From NCBI GenBank assembly GCA_049970895.1, contig JBMFMB010000001.1:1-64000 (forward strand): a stretch of 64,000 nt of DNA. Direction: 5' to 3'. Both the position numbers and the translations under genes were made by a program. Shown here in pieces: positions 1 to 10,535 of this stretch. Positions within the stretch are counted from its first letter, which is position 1. The number at the start of each line of letters is the position of its first letter. Under the pieces are notes generated by a model. It made no database searches, was not told the origin of the DNA, and saw nothing but the letters and a program-made list of their open reading frames with translations. This DNA comes from Candidatus Bathyarchaeia archaeon (GTDB lineage: Archaea; Thermoproteota; Bathyarchaeia; Bathyarchaeales; Bathycorpusculaceae).

Positions 1-7
1 TGGATTA

Positions 8-346
8 ATGTTACTCGCCGGCTTTGTCGGCGCTCCAAAAGGGGGCTACGTTCCGCCGCCAAGCCTTCCATGGCTTATATCAGCCATGGCAATCGTTGGA
101 ACAGCCCTACATGAAGAACAAATAATGGTTAAAAAACACGGTGACAAATACAAAAAATACATGGAAAACACACCATTCATGTTGCCACTTCCAAAGAAGC
201 TTTCCGCCATAATAACCACACCAGCCAAGATAGTGATCAAGAAGAATTTGCCAGAAAACAGAAAACAAATATTCACAACGGTCTTCATATACTTCTGCAT
301 ACTAGTTTTATTGTCCCTTCCAATCCAATATTGCATAAAACCCTAG
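8..346 (+). CDS. C-terminal part of a membrane protein, isoprenylcysteine/phospholipid methyltransferase-like (probably begins before the window)
   Basis: Hydrophobic helix followed by EE..M..K.GDKYKKYM..TP.MLP, resembling the ICMT/PEMT C-terminal motif; 5' end uncertain. Confidence 0.5.
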   Translation: MLLAGFVGAPKGGYVPPPSLPWLISAMAIVGTALHEEQIMVKKHGDKYKKYMENTPFMLPLPKKLSAIITTPAKIVIKKNLPENRKQIFTTVFIYFCILVLLSLPIQYCIKP

Positions 347-608
347 AAACCCACAGAAATGTTCGTTTAGTAATGTCTAACTGAACATGGAAAAATTTTC
401 TTTCGCCTTAAAACAGAAAAAGAGGTGTTTTGCGGGAGAATTCGACAGTCTGCTTTCTAACAGTTACAACATTCGGCTTACACATCCTAAAATCTCAAAC
501 ATGCTCACTAAATTTTATCGCTTATGAATCTTAAAATATAGATTTGAAGTTTTGGACGTCCAAACTTTTATTTTGCATACTTTGATAATGCATTGGTGAG
601 GCGAGAAT

Positions 609-1826
609 ATGAGTGGCAAGAAAGTTGTAAGCGTAAAGGTGGCTGTTGCACTCGGAGCAATATGCATAGTCTTTCTGGTTCTTCTTATTGGAAACGCATA
701 TACCTTTAACAGTCAAATAGCTTCATTAAATTCGCAAATAATAGAAAAGGACAAAACAATTTCTTCACTGAATTCACAGATAGCAACTAAGGATTCTCAG
801 ATATCTGCCTTAAATTCTCATATAAGTCAGCTTAAGACTTGGCTTGAAGGGAACAAAACCCTTCTCATCCAAGCTCTAGCATGGTTGCAAGGAAACATAT
901 CATATTACGAGTTTCAAATAGAAGCTCTTAATCGGGAATTAAATTCGCTAAATCAAAGGTATCAAAAGTTGCTCGTTGATTATCAAATATTAGCGAATGC
1001 AGGCATAGTTTTTGATGGGTTAAAAATAAGTGACCTAAAAGTTGAGGAAGGATACTTTTGGGATAGCCTCTTAGGAAATATAACAAACGTAAGCAATAAG
1101 TCAATGAGCAAAGTCTATGTCGTTCTGTTAACCTTTAACCCTGATGGATCGTTAGACTACTATTATACAACAACGATCGAAAATCTTGCTGTCAATGAAA
1201 CAAATAGCTTCAAGTTTTCCTCCGTTTTAGAAAAGAACCAAACATTTAGAGTATTTGCTGTCGGAAGCTATGGCTTCTCAGACATAGAAAACAGCAAAAT
1301 TGCCGAGCTTTTAGCTGAAATTGAGCAATTAAGCATGAGAATAAAAGAGTTGGAGGGAATGCTAAACTATGAAGTTTACGTTTTAACAGACCAAGACTAT
1401 TACTATTCAGTGAGGGACAATCTACAAAAAGCTAACAATTCCATTTTAATAGCGATGTATTCGATGATTTATGATCCAAGCGATCCATTTGACTGGGCAA
1501 ACGACTTGATCAGGGAACTTGTAAACGCTAAAAATAGAGGCGTCAACGTTACAGTGAACATAGAATATAGAACTTACTTCGGATACATGGACGAAAACTT
1601 AGAGGCATACAATTACCTTTCATCAAACGGCGTTAACGTTAAGCTAGACACCGGAACAGACACGGATCACCTCAAACTAGTCATTATAGACGATAAAATA
1701 GTTTACATTGGGTCACATAACTGGAGCGAATCCTCACTATACTACAACCGTGAAACTTCGGTCGAAATAATAAGCGAGAAAATAGCTCAAACCTTCAAAG
1801 AATACATAAAAACCAACTATGGGTGA
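609..1826 (+). CDS. Membrane-anchored coiled-coil protein with C-terminal phospholipase D-like (single HKD) domain
   Basis: N-terminal TM helix; heptad repeats (NSQIASLNSQI); central Ig/FxLYD-like segment; HLKLVIIDDKIVYIGSHNWS = HxKxxxxD...GSxN. Confidence 0.8.
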   Translation: MSGKKVVSVKVAVALGAICIVFLVLLIGNAYTFNSQIASLNSQIIEKDKTISSLNSQIATKDSQISALNSHISQLKTWLEGNKTLLIQALAWLQGNISYYEFQIEALNRELNSLNQRYQKLLVDYQILANAGIVFDGLKISDLKVEEGYFWDSLLGNITNVSNKSMSKVYVVLLTFNPDGSLDYYYTTTIENLAVNETNSFKFSSVLEKNQTFRVFAVGSYGFSDIENSKIAELLAEIEQLSMRIKELEGMLNYEVYVLTDQDYYYSVRDNLQKANNSILIAMYSMIYDPSDPFDWANDLIRELVNAKNRGVNVTVNIEYRTYFGYMDENLEAYNYLSSNGVNVKLDTGTDTDHLKLVIIDDKIVYIGSHNWSESSLYYNRETSVEIISEKIAQTFKEYIKTNYG

Positions 1827-1867
1827 TAAACCATGTTAAATATTAATGGTTTGGAGGGGGCTCTTAA

Positions 1868-3397
1868 ATGAGGCCTGGCAAAGTTGCTGTTATGTTTTGC
1901 ATTATTTTGTTGTTGTATGTTTATTTCTTCCATGTAAAGGCTGGGGATTCTTCGTTTTCGGATATGCCTCTTGTCGAGGGGAGGGGGATATGGGTTTACG
2001 CTACAAGCTTTAAAAACGCTGAGGAATTGGAAGGCAACCTCACGCTTTTTAAAAGTCTTAACATAAATATGGTTTTCTTCTTGGTTAAAGGCTGGAAATA
2101 CGTTCATTATAATAGTAGCATTCGCCCTTCGTCGCCTGTAGATTGGGATCCTTTAAGGGTGGCTGTTGAAAAAGCCCGTGAGTTGGGCTTAGAGCTTCAC
2201 GCGTGGTTTGCTGTTTTCAGAGACCCATACTTAGCTAAGAATCAAAGCTTAGCCATGAAATATTCTAATGGAAAATATGACCCAAACTGGACGTGCCCAG
2301 CCAACCCTACCGTTCGCAACCATCTCCTCGAATTAATCAGGGAAATAGTTACCAACTATAGCATCAGCGGAATACACTTAGACTATATAAGGTATAACAA
2401 TTCAAGCGCATGCTATTGCGAGCATTGCATTGAAGCATATAGAAATGAAACTGGCAGAAATCCGCCTTACGACCCAAAGGATCCTGATTGGAAAAATTGG
2501 ATGAACTGGAGGGTCAGGCAGATTTCAAGCTTTGTAAACGCAACATACAACCTCGTTAAAGGCTTAAGGCCTAACATTAAAGTTTCAGCCTACGTCTTCC
2601 CGAAAATTAAAGATGCTGTTGAAGGCGTTTTTCAAAACTGGACAGAATGGATTCAAAAGCGTTATGTGGACTTTCTTACACCAGGAGCCTACACCAATAA
2701 CATGACGGACTTCAAAAACCGCGTGAACGAGGCTCTCAACGCTTCTGAATGGAAAGTCCCCCTATACATTGGCATAGGAGTCCACGAGTTTAACAAAACA
2801 AGAGACCCATTGCTCATTGCAGAGCAGGTTAATATAACCCGTGTCCTAGGGGCTGAGGGCCAAGTGTTCTTCCGCTATTTTAAGCCATGCGAGCCGGGAT
2901 ATTGCAACTTAAGCAATGTGTTATGGAAAGCGTTGGAAATAGTCTACAAAAACCAACCCCTTACACCACATAATCTAACGCGTAACGGAACCATAATACC
3001 CATCGGGAATAAGCGCTACCCTTCAATAATATATTCAAATTCAACCATAGAGAATTTCTACTTTAACGCCACTGAAAAGAGCATAAACATTAACGTTTCT
3101 GGAACGGTGAATACAACAGGACTCACCATCGCCAAACTGCCCGAGAGCCTCGTCAAAAATGAATGGGGCGGAAATGTTAGCGTATTTCTCTCCGGCGTTC
3201 CTTGGCCATTTCAAAAGGTATCAGCCAGCGAATGGATATACGTCTCACTAAAATACAAGCATGAAGCATCAATTAAAATTAGGATAATTCCGGAGTTTAG
3301 CAACCTCCTAGGGGCTGCGCTTATCGCCATATTTTCCACGCTTTTATGCCTCCACCTTTTCAAAAGGATTGAGTTAACCAACCCACGCAGTAAGTGA
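1868..3397 (+). CDS. Secreted glycoside hydrolase family 10-like (GHL10/DUF187) protein with PEF-CTERM-type sorting signal
   Basis: Signal peptide; RGIWV, DPLRVAVEKARELGLELHAWF, GIHLDYIRY motifs; C-terminal IPEF + TM helix + basic tail; many N-x-S/T sequons. Confidence 0.8.
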   Translation: MRPGKVAVMFCIILLLYVYFFHVKAGDSSFSDMPLVEGRGIWVYATSFKNAEELEGNLTLFKSLNINMVFFLVKGWKYVHYNSSIRPSSPVDWDPLRVAVEKARELGLELHAWFAVFRDPYLAKNQSLAMKYSNGKYDPNWTCPANPTVRNHLLELIREIVTNYSISGIHLDYIRYNNSSACYCEHCIEAYRNETGRNPPYDPKDPDWKNWMNWRVRQISSFVNATYNLVKGLRPNIKVSAYVFPKIKDAVEGVFQNWTEWIQKRYVDFLTPGAYTNNMTDFKNRVNEALNASEWKVPLYIGIGVHEFNKTRDPLLIAEQVNITRVLGAEGQVFFRYFKPCEPGYCNLSNVLWKALEIVYKNQPLTPHNLTRNGTIIPIGNKRYPSIIYSNSTIENFYFNATEKSININVSGTVNTTGLTIAKLPESLVKNEWGGNVSVFLSGVPWPFQKVSASEWIYVSLKYKHEASIKIRIIPEFSNLLGAALIAIFSTLLCLHLFKRIELTNPRSK

Positions 3398-3644
3398 TGG
3401 TTTTCCCTCGTGCATAAACTAAAAGCTTTGATAGAAAAAGAGGGGATTTGCGGGGGGAAATCTCCAGTAACAACGCTAAAAACCTTTTCTTTATCCACAC
3501 ACCATAGATGGCTGCAAACCTCAATTTTACATTTAGCTCCTTGTGAAAAGAATTTCGGGTGTAATCGCCAAGTTTATATTGCCCACTAATACTCTATTCA
3601 ACGGCACTATGTAGGTTTGCACTATTAATGGAGCGTCTCAGTAA

Positions 3645-4460
3645 GTGGAAATAGAGGTGCTTGAAAGGGACGACAAGAACTTGCGCCTGCTTATAAGGGG
3701 AGTTGACACCCCATTTATTAACGCTTTAAGAAGGAATGTTATTGCCGAAGTTCCATCTATGGCGATTGACGATGTTGTAATTATTGAGAACTCATCCGTT
3801 TTTCATGATGAAATCATAGCTCATAGGCTTGGATTAATCCCCTTAAAAACAGACCTTGACAGTTACAACCTCCCAGAAGAGTGCTCATGTAAAAGTGAGT
3901 TTGGATGCAACCTCTGCAGAGTCACGCTAACACTGGACAGGGAGGCAAAAGAGGGAACAATAACTGTTTATTCAGGCGAGCTTGTCTCCGAAAACCCAAA
4001 CGTGGTTCCTGTCAGCGACAAAATTCCAATAGTTAAGCTTGCAAAGGGGCAGAAGTTGAGGCTTGAGGCTTACGCAAGGCTTGGGAAAGGGAAAAACCAC
4101 GCGAAGTGGCAGCCCGTTTCACTTTGCACACATAAATATCTGCCACAAATAAAAATAGATGAAAAAAGCTGCGATGCATGCGCCAAGTGTGTTGAAACAT
4201 GCCCCAGAAAGGTTTTAGCGAAACATGAGGGGAAAGTGGAAGTTCGCAACTTGTTGGCTTGCACCCTATGCCGAGACTGCGTGGATGTTTGCCCAAAACA
4301 GCCGCCAGCAATAGAGATTAACTGGGAGAAAAACGCCTTCATATTCAGCATCGAATCAACAGGCGTGCTTCCACCGGAAAGAATCATGATGGAAGCTGTC
4401 AAAATTTTGGACAAAGACCTTAAAGAGCTTGCAAAACAGATAGAGGTGCAAACAGCTTGA
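3645..4460 (+). CDS. rpoD: DNA-directed RNA polymerase subunit D (Rpo3)
   Basis: NALRR...DEIIAHRLGLIPL, HAKWQP; ferredoxin-like insert with two CxxCxxCxxxCP motifs. Confidence 0.97.
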   Translation: MEIEVLERDDKNLRLLIRGVDTPFINALRRNVIAEVPSMAIDDVVIIENSSVFHDEIIAHRLGLIPLKTDLDSYNLPEECSCKSEFGCNLCRVTLTLDREAKEGTITVYSGELVSENPNVVPVSDKIPIVKLAKGQKLRLEAYARLGKGKNHAKWQPVSLCTHKYLPQIKIDEKSCDACAKCVETCPRKVLAKHEGKVEVRNLLACTLCRDCVDVCPKQPPAIEINWEKNAFIFSIESTGVLPPERIMMEAVKILDKDLKELAKQIEVQTA

Positions 4461-4819
4461 AAAAAGTTAAGGCGACAAACCCAGAGCTCCTCCAAACAGT
4501 TCGCTTCCTAAGAAAGCAGAGTAAAGAAAACGAGGCAAAGATTTGGAAGCGCATAGCCGAGCTCTTGGCAAAGCCTAGGAGAAAGCGTATAGCCGTGAAC
4601 ATTAGCCGATTAAACAGATACACGGAGAAAAACGAAATCGTAGTGGTTCCGGGCAAGGTGCTAGGCGCTGGCGAAATAAACCATCCAATAACAGTTGCAG
4701 CCTTCGCATTCTCACAAAAGGCTAGGGAGAAAATAAGGAAGGCGCGTGGAAAATGCCTATCCATAATAGAGCTTGCCAAGAAAAATCCGAAAGGTTCAAA
4801 GGTTAAGATTATAGGGTGA
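4457..4819 (+). CDS. rpl18e: 50S ribosomal protein L18e
   Basis: TNPEL, VNISRLNRY, VVVPGKVLG; operon position. Confidence 0.97.
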   Translation: MKKVKATNPELLQTVRFLRKQSKENEAKIWKRIAELLAKPRRKRIAVNISRLNRYTEKNEIVVVPGKVLGAGEINHPITVAAFAFSQKAREKIRKARGKCLSIIELAKKNPKGSKVKIIG

Positions 4820-4823
4820 AAAA

Positions 4824-5261
4824 ATGCAGCTAGAAAGCGATTATAAAATCATCAACGCCGATGGGTTGATTCTGGGAAGGATGGCGAGCATAATTGCCAA
4901 ACGCTTGCTGAAAGGCGAAAAAATAGCCGTTGTAAACGCCGAAAAAGCCATAATATCAGGCAAGAGGAAAAGCAAGGTTAGAGAAGCAAAAGAGTTTCTT
5001 GAAGTTGGCCATCCGGGTAAAGGCCCAATGCATCCTAGAAGACCAGACAGAATCCTAAGAAGAACTATAAGGGGCATGCTCCCTTACAAACAGCCGAAGG
5101 GCAAGCAAGCCTACAAAAGGCTTAGGGTTTTCATAGGCATTCCGGATGAATTGAAGAATAGGGATATGGAAACAATAGAGGAAGCGCAAGCCAAAAAGCT
5201 AACATGCCCCTACCTCACACTAGGTGAACTTGCAAAGGAAATAGGTTGGAGCGGTGGATAA
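4824..5261 (+). CDS. rpl13: 50S ribosomal protein L13
   Basis: [22 protein letters not shown]. Confidence 0.97.
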   Translation: MQLESDYKIINADGLILGRMASIIAKRLLKGEKIAVVNAEKAIISGKRKSKVREAKEFLEVGHPGKGPMHPRRPDRILRRTIRGMLPYKQPKGKQAYKRLRVFIGIPDELKNRDMETIEEAQAKKLTCPYLTLGELAKEIGWSGG

Positions 5262-5262
5262 G

Positions 5263-5673
5263 ATGCCCGCGAAAAAAGTTCTAGTGGTTAGTGGGAAAAG
5301 GAAGACAGCCATAGCGCGGGCAGTTGTTAAGCCCGGCATGGGAAGGATAAGAATTAACATGATCCCGCTGGAAATTTACCAGCCAGAAGTTGCACGCCAA
5401 AAAATAATGGAGCCCCTCATACAAGCCGGCGACGAGGTTTGGAAGCAGTTGGACATAGACATTAAGGTTTCTGGTGGGGGCTACATGGGGCAGGCTGAAG
5501 CGGCCAGAATGGCAATTGCAAATGCCTTATTAAAATGGACTAAGAGCACGCAGCTACGTACGGCGTTTATTGAATATGATAGAACTATGGTTGTGGGCGA
5601 CCCCCGCAGAAAGGAGCCCAAAAAGTTTGGCGGTCCAGGCGCAAGGGCTAGGGATCAGAAGAGCTATAGATGA
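5263..5673 (+). CDS. rps9: 30S ribosomal protein S9
   Basis: [38 protein letters not shown]; ATG 5263 chosen as start. Confidence 0.97.
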   Translation: MPAKKVLVVSGKRKTAIARAVVKPGMGRIRINMIPLEIYQPEVARQKIMEPLIQAGDEVWKQLDIDIKVSGGGYMGQAEAARMAIANALLKWTKSTQLRTAFIEYDRTMVVGDPRRKEPKKFGGPGARARDQKSYR

Positions 5674-5691
5674 TTGGAGGTTGAGGTGAAA

Positions 5692-5931
5692 ATGATTATA
5701 CCAATAAGATGTTTCACATGTGGCAAGTTGATCGGTGATAAGTGGGAGGAGTTCGCAAGAAGGGTTAAGATGGGGGAAGACGCAGGCGACGTGTTGGATA
5801 GTTTGGGGATAAAGAGGTATTGTTGCAGGCGCATGCTTCTCTCACACGTTGAAATCATTGATGAGGTTTTGCGTTTCTATGAAGAAGCCGAAAAGAGAAA
5901 AGAGGCAAGAATGCAGTACTATCAACAATGA
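5692..5931 (+). CDS. rpoN: RNA polymerase subunit N (Rpo10)
   Basis: [12 protein letters not shown]...RYCCRRM; GAGGTGA SD before ATG 5692. Confidence 0.97.
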   Translation: MIIPIRCFTCGKLIGDKWEEFARRVKMGEDAGDVLDSLGIKRYCCRRMLLSHVEIIDEVLRFYEEAEKRKEARMQYYQQ

Positions 5932-5943
5932 GGAGCCAATGGC

Positions 5944-7197
5944 ATGTCCACTGTTATTGAAGATGTGATTGCAAGGAAGGTTTTCAATAGCCGCGGAGAG
6001 GAAACAATAGAAGTTGACGTTATAACCACTTCTGGCTTTGGAAGGGCCTCAGCCCCAGCTGGAGAAAGCCGGGGAAAAGCTGAAGTAGTTTATTACCCGC
6101 AAGGCGGAGTTGATGAGGCCATCAAGAAGGTTGAAGAATTAGTATCACCAGAAATTGTTGGGTTAAACGCCGACTTTCAAGAGGAAATTGATAAAACCCT
6201 TCATGAGATAGATAACACAAAAGATTTTAGAATTATTGGCGGAAACACAGCTTTCGCGGTTTCTTTGGCAAATGCTGAGGCTGCTGCAAACTCTTATGGT
6301 TTACCGCTTTTCCAGTATTTGGGCGGATATGCAGCCCATGAACTTCCATACCCGCTTGGAAACGTGATTAGCGGTGGAAAACACGCTTGTGGAAAGTCTC
6401 CAGACATACAGGAGTTTCTAGCCCTTCCCCACGGCGCTGACTCCTTTCTAGAAGCTGCAACAGCCAACATAAAAATTCACAGCAAAGTCAAAGAAGCTCT
6501 GAAAAGAAAGGACAGACTTTTTGGCAGTGGCAGAAGCGATGAGGGAGCATGGATTGCAAACATCACAGATGAGGAAGCCTTTGAAATTATGGCTTTAGCA
6601 TGCGAAGATATGAGCAACGAACTGGGCTTCAAATGCAGCTTTGGCGTTGATGTGGCGGCTTCATCCCTATGGAACGCTAAAAAGAAAAAGTACGTATATG
6701 AGAGAGATGGAAGGGAATTGGATTCGGGCGAACAATTGGAGTTTGTCCGACAGCTTATTGAAAAATATCATCTGGTTTACGTGGAAGACCCGTTCCACGA
6801 GGAGGACTATGGAAGCTTCGCTGAACTCACAAAAAAGGTTAAGAACTGCCTCATATGCGGCGACGACTTGTTTGCAACGAATAGCGAAAGGCTAACACAT
6901 GGAATTAAAATGCGGGCAGCCAACGCCATAATAATTAAAGTGAACCAGGTGGGAACATTGACGGATGCCTTAGAAACCATTGAAACTGCAAAAAAGGCTG
7001 GGTACGTGCCAGTTATGTCTCACCGCTCTGGCGACACTTGTGATTGGCACATTGCCCACTTGGCTGTGGCGTTCAAATGCCCAATAATCAAGACGGGTGT
7101 CGTGGAGGGGGCCCGAATAGCAAAAATAAACGAGTTGTTGAGGATTGAGGAGTTTCTTGGGGAGAGAGCCAAAATGGCTGAGCTTCAAATTCCATAA
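5944..7197 (+). CDS. eno: Enolase
   Basis: [39 protein letters not shown]. Confidence 0.93.
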   Translation: MSTVIEDVIARKVFNSRGEETIEVDVITTSGFGRASAPAGESRGKAEVVYYPQGGVDEAIKKVEELVSPEIVGLNADFQEEIDKTLHEIDNTKDFRIIGGNTAFAVSLANAEAAANSYGLPLFQYLGGYAAHELPYPLGNVISGGKHACGKSPDIQEFLALPHGADSFLEAATANIKIHSKVKEALKRKDRLFGSGRSDEGAWIANITDEEAFEIMALACEDMSNELGFKCSFGVDVAASSLWNAKKKKYVYERDGRELDSGEQLEFVRQLIEKYHLVYVEDPFHEEDYGSFAELTKKVKNCLICGDDLFATNSERLTHGIKMRAANAIIIKVNQVGTLTDALETIETAKKAGYVPVMSHRSGDTCDWHIAHLAVAFKCPIIKTGVVEGARIAKINELLRIEEFLGERAKMAELQIP

Positions 7198-7898
7198 TGG
7201 AGAGTGAAAAGGGGTTGGCTGAAAAAGATAAAGAAGAAGCGAAAAAGGAAAAGTTTGAAGAGGAAACAAGTGTAAGCGCTGAAGAGGAGCTGTTACTGCC
7301 GAGGGACACGCTTCTTTCAGCTGGAATACACATTGGAACTAGGATGAAGACAAAGGACATGGAACAATTCATATACCGTGTCAGACCAGACGGCTTGTTT
7401 GTTTTAGATGTGAAGAAGACTGATGAACGGATAAGGGTGGCAGCCAAGTTCTTGGCAAGATTCGAACCTTTAAGGATAGCTGCTGCCGCTGCTAGATTGT
7501 ACGCACAAGAACCTGTGAAAAGGTTCTGCGAGGTTACTGGAGCAATCCCTATTATTGGACGTTTCATTCCGGGGCTTTTGTCAAATCCACTTTATCCAAA
7601 TCGTATCGAGCCTAACGTTTTGATAGTTTCAGACCCTCGGGCGGATTCCCAAGCGGTAAGGGAGGCAGCCTCTGTGGGTGTTCCAGTGGTAGCCTTGTGC
7701 AGCACAGATAACGACTTTTCAGGAGTTGACCTAGTGATACCAACAAATAACAAGGGTAGAAGAGCTTTGGCTGTTATTTACTGGCTTCTTGCGAGACAGG
7801 TTCTGCGTGAAAGGGGGGAGCTTCCACCAGACAAGGACATGCCACTAACTATTGAGGATTTTGAGGCTAAAATCTCAAAGGAGGAAGAGGAGAGCTAG
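7197..7898 (+). CDS. rps2: 30S ribosomal protein S2
   Basis: [24 protein letters not shown]. Confidence 0.97.
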   Translation: MESEKGLAEKDKEEAKKEKFEEETSVSAEEELLLPRDTLLSAGIHIGTRMKTKDMEQFIYRVRPDGLFVLDVKKTDERIRVAAKFLARFEPLRIAAAAARLYAQEPVKRFCEVTGAIPIIGRFIPGLLSNPLYPNRIEPNVLIVSDPRADSQAVREAASVGVPVVALCSTDNDFSGVDLVIPTNNKGRRALAVIYWLLARQVLRERGELPPDKDMPLTIEDFEAKISKEEEES

Positions 7899-7904
7899 CC
7901 TAAA

Positions 7905-8753
7905 ATGGCGAAGATTCGGCTTCCAAGTCAAGCTGGAGCCTTCTATGCTGGGAAAGCCGAATCCTTGAAGAGGCAAATTGAAGAGTGCTTTCTTCACGAG
8001 TTGGGACCGGGCAAAATCCCAACTGTTGTTGAGGGCCCAAGGCGGATAGTTGGATTTGTTTGTCCCCATGCTGGATACATGTATTCTGGACCCGTGGCAG
8101 CCCATGCCTATTATAATTTGGCTTCTGATGGTAAACCAGACACGGTGGTTCTTTTTGGTCCAAACCACACTGGTTATGGCAGTGCCTTGGCTGTTATGAA
8201 TGAGGGTTTTTGGCGCACACCCCTTGGCGATGTTGAAGTTGATGGGGAAACAGCCAACAAAATTGTTAGGGAAGCCCGTATTGTGGATGTTGACGACTCC
8301 GCCCACCGTTATGAGCATTCCATCGAGGTGCAGCTTCCATTTCTACAGTATCTTTTCGGTTCTGCGTTTAAAATTGTGCCTATATGCTTCTTGATGCAGG
8401 ATTTGCACTCTTCAAGAGAGGTTGGGCAGGCTGTTGCAAAAGTTTTGGCTGGAAAAAACGCCTTAATCATAGCCTCTTCAGACATGACCCATTACGAACC
8501 ACACAGAATTGCCGAAAAGAAGGATTTGATGGCGCTCAAGGCTGTCGAAATCATGAATGAAGAACGCTTCTACTCGATGATCGAAGAACATCGAATCACC
8601 GCTTGTGGTTATGGTCCCATAATTGCGCTTATAACGGCTGCAAAAGCGTTGGGAGCGCGAGAGGCGAAACTATTATGTTACAAGACTAGCGGAGATGTTA
8701 CTGGCGACTACTCAGCTGTTGTTGGGTACGCCGCCGTGCAATTCACAAAATAG
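7905..8753 (+). CDS. MEMO1-family protein (AmmeMemoRadiSam protein B)
   Basis: AGAFY, PHAGYMYSG, GPNHTG, EHSIEVQLPFL, SSDMTHY, CGYGP. Confidence 0.93.
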   Translation: MAKIRLPSQAGAFYAGKAESLKRQIEECFLHELGPGKIPTVVEGPRRIVGFVCPHAGYMYSGPVAAHAYYNLASDGKPDTVVLFGPNHTGYGSALAVMNEGFWRTPLGDVEVDGETANKIVREARIVDVDDSAHRYEHSIEVQLPFLQYLFGSAFKIVPICFLMQDLHSSREVGQAVAKVLAGKNALIIASSDMTHYEPHRIAEKKDLMALKAVEIMNEERFYSMIEEHRITACGYGPIIALITAAKALGAREAKLLCYKTSGDVTGDYSAVVGYAAVQFTK

Positions 8754-8762
8754 TGGTTTGGA

Positions 8763-9746
8763 ATGGGAGTTATCGCCTCGGCTCCCGCAAAAATAATACT
8801 TTTCGGAGAACACTTCGTCGTTTACGGCGAACCAGCCATCGTCCTAGCCATAGACAAAAGAGCCTACGCTAAAGCAGAACTACGCCAAGATAAGAGGCTT
8901 TTTCTCCGCTCACTAAACCTAAATGTCGCCGGATTCTTCGAAAACGGAAACTTCCTAGTTGAAGAGGGAAACCAAAAAGAAGCAAGAATGAAGCTTGAAC
9001 CACTAAAATGCGCGGCAGAAAAAGTTCTGGAGATTTCAGGCGAAAGAGTGGGCTTAAACATAGAGGTCAATTCAACTGTTCCTGTCGCAGCTGGCTTGGG
9101 GTCTTCAGCGGCTGTGGCTGCAGCTGTTGCAGCGGCTGTCGGCGCATTACTAAATGTGAAGATGTCGAAGGAGGATGTTTTCCGCATAGCCTACGAAGCA
9201 GAAAAAATCATGCATGGCACACCGTCAGGTGTTGACCCAGCCATAGCAACGTTTGGGGGCACGCTGCTTTTCCAAAGAGACACAGGATTTAAGCCTCTGA
9301 AAGTTAGTGTGGATATTCCACTTGTTATTGGCAACACTGGTTTTGAAAGGTCAACTCGTAGCCAAGTGGCAAAGGTGCGAAGTTTGAGGGATCGTTACCC
9401 GCAGATTGTTGAGCCCATGATGAGGGCTGCCCGTGAAATAGTTTTAAGAGCCATTGAAGCCCTAAAAGAAGGCGACCTAGAAACCCTCGGTGAATTGATG
9501 AACATTAATCATGCACTACTTTATGGGTTAGGAGTTTCAGATGAATCTTTAGAGTGGCTTATTAACGCTGCCCGAAAGGCTGGAGCGTTGGGCGCAAAAC
9601 TGACGGGGGCTGGTGGAGGTGGGTGCATGATAGCCCTCGCAAATAGGGACCGCGTTGAAAATGTTTTGGAAGCCGTTCAAAGGGCTGGGGGAAACGCTTT
9701 CGTAGCGGGAAGGACGGACGAGGGGGTTAGAATTGAGTCAACCTAG
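8763..9746 (+). CDS. mvk: Mevalonate kinase
   Basis: APAKIILFGEHFVVYG, PVAAGLGSSAA, HGTPSGVD, KLTGAGGGG. Confidence 0.95.
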   Translation: MGVIASAPAKIILFGEHFVVYGEPAIVLAIDKRAYAKAELRQDKRLFLRSLNLNVAGFFENGNFLVEEGNQKEARMKLEPLKCAAEKVLEISGERVGLNIEVNSTVPVAAGLGSSAAVAAAVAAAVGALLNVKMSKEDVFRIAYEAEKIMHGTPSGVDPAIATFGGTLLFQRDTGFKPLKVSVDIPLVIGNTGFERSTRSQVAKVRSLRDRYPQIVEPMMRAAREIVLRAIEALKEGDLETLGELMNINHALLYGLGVSDESLEWLINAARKAGALGAKLTGAGGGGCMIALANRDRVENVLEAVQRAGGNAFVAGRTDEGVRIEST

Positions 9747-10533
9747 ACCAACGGTTTTGAAGATAGGCGGCTCCGTCATAACGGACAAAAGCAAAGAGCT
9801 TGGGGTGCAGATGGAAGCCATAAGCCGGATAGCTGACGAAATACTGGAGGCAAACACGAAAAACTTGATAATTGTGCATGGTGGCGGAAGCTTTGGGCAT
9901 CCAGTGGCGCAAAGGCACGCAATTAAAGAAGGCTTCAAGGACGAATCTCAAATAATAGGGTTTGCAGAAACTCACCACGTCATGACAGTGCTTAATGGGC
10001 TTTTCATGGATGCGCTGATATGGCGGGGTATCCCAGCAATAAGCATCACACCATCCTCATGCATAATGACACAGAATGGCAGAATAGCTTGTTTTGAAGA
10101 CGTCCCCTTAAAACAGCTTATGAAAATGGGTTTTATTCCAGTCCTCTATGGAGATGCCGTTTTTGACACGAAATTGGGCTTCACAATATTGTCTGGAGAC
10201 CAGCTTGTCGCCTTCTTAGCCACTCGTTTCAATGCAAAAAATATTGTGATAGGTGTAGATGTGAATGGACTGTATGATGCAGACCCAAAAACCGACGCGA
10301 AAGCCAAAATGTTTAACCATTTGACCTTGGCAGAGCTTAGAAAAGTCCAAGAGCACTTGGGCAGGTCAAACGCATGCGACGTGACTGGTGGAATGGCTAA
10401 CAAAATCGCTGAGCTTATACCCGCCATAGAACATGGAATCCCCGTCTTAATAGTTAATGCCACGAAGCCCAAATATATTTACAAAGCCCTTAAAGGAGAA
10501 CGGGTTAAGGGCACCATTATAGAGAAGGAATAA
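9733..10533 (+). CDS. ipk: Isopentenyl phosphate kinase
   Basis: LKIGGSVITDK, VHGGGSFGH, SGD, DVTGGM; lies between mvk and fni. Confidence 0.93.
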   Translation: MSQPRPTVLKIGGSVITDKSKELGVQMEAISRIADEILEANTKNLIIVHGGGSFGHPVAQRHAIKEGFKDESQIIGFAETHHVMTVLNGLFMDALIWRGIPAISITPSSCIMTQNGRIACFEDVPLKQLMKMGFIPVLYGDAVFDTKLGFTILSGDQLVAFLATRFNAKNIVIGVDVNGLYDADPKTDAKAKMFNHLTLAELRKVQEHLGRSNACDVTGGMANKIAELIPAIEHGIPVLIVNATKPKYIYKALKGERVKGTIIEKE

Positions 10534-10535
10534 AA

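Noticed and set aside
347-608. Imperfect inverted repeat (ATGTTC...GAACAT) in the first intergenic region as a mobile-element remnant
   Set aside because: No target duplication or second copy in the window
4150-4300. Two ferredoxin-type Cys motifs in RpoD
   Set aside because: The Fe-S domain of archaeal Rpo3 is already well described
7905-8753. MEMO and the radical SAM gene as an AmmeMemoRadiSam operon
   Set aside because: They are about 39 kb apart with no AMMECR1 gene; MEMO between rps2 and mvk is ordinary archaeal synteny
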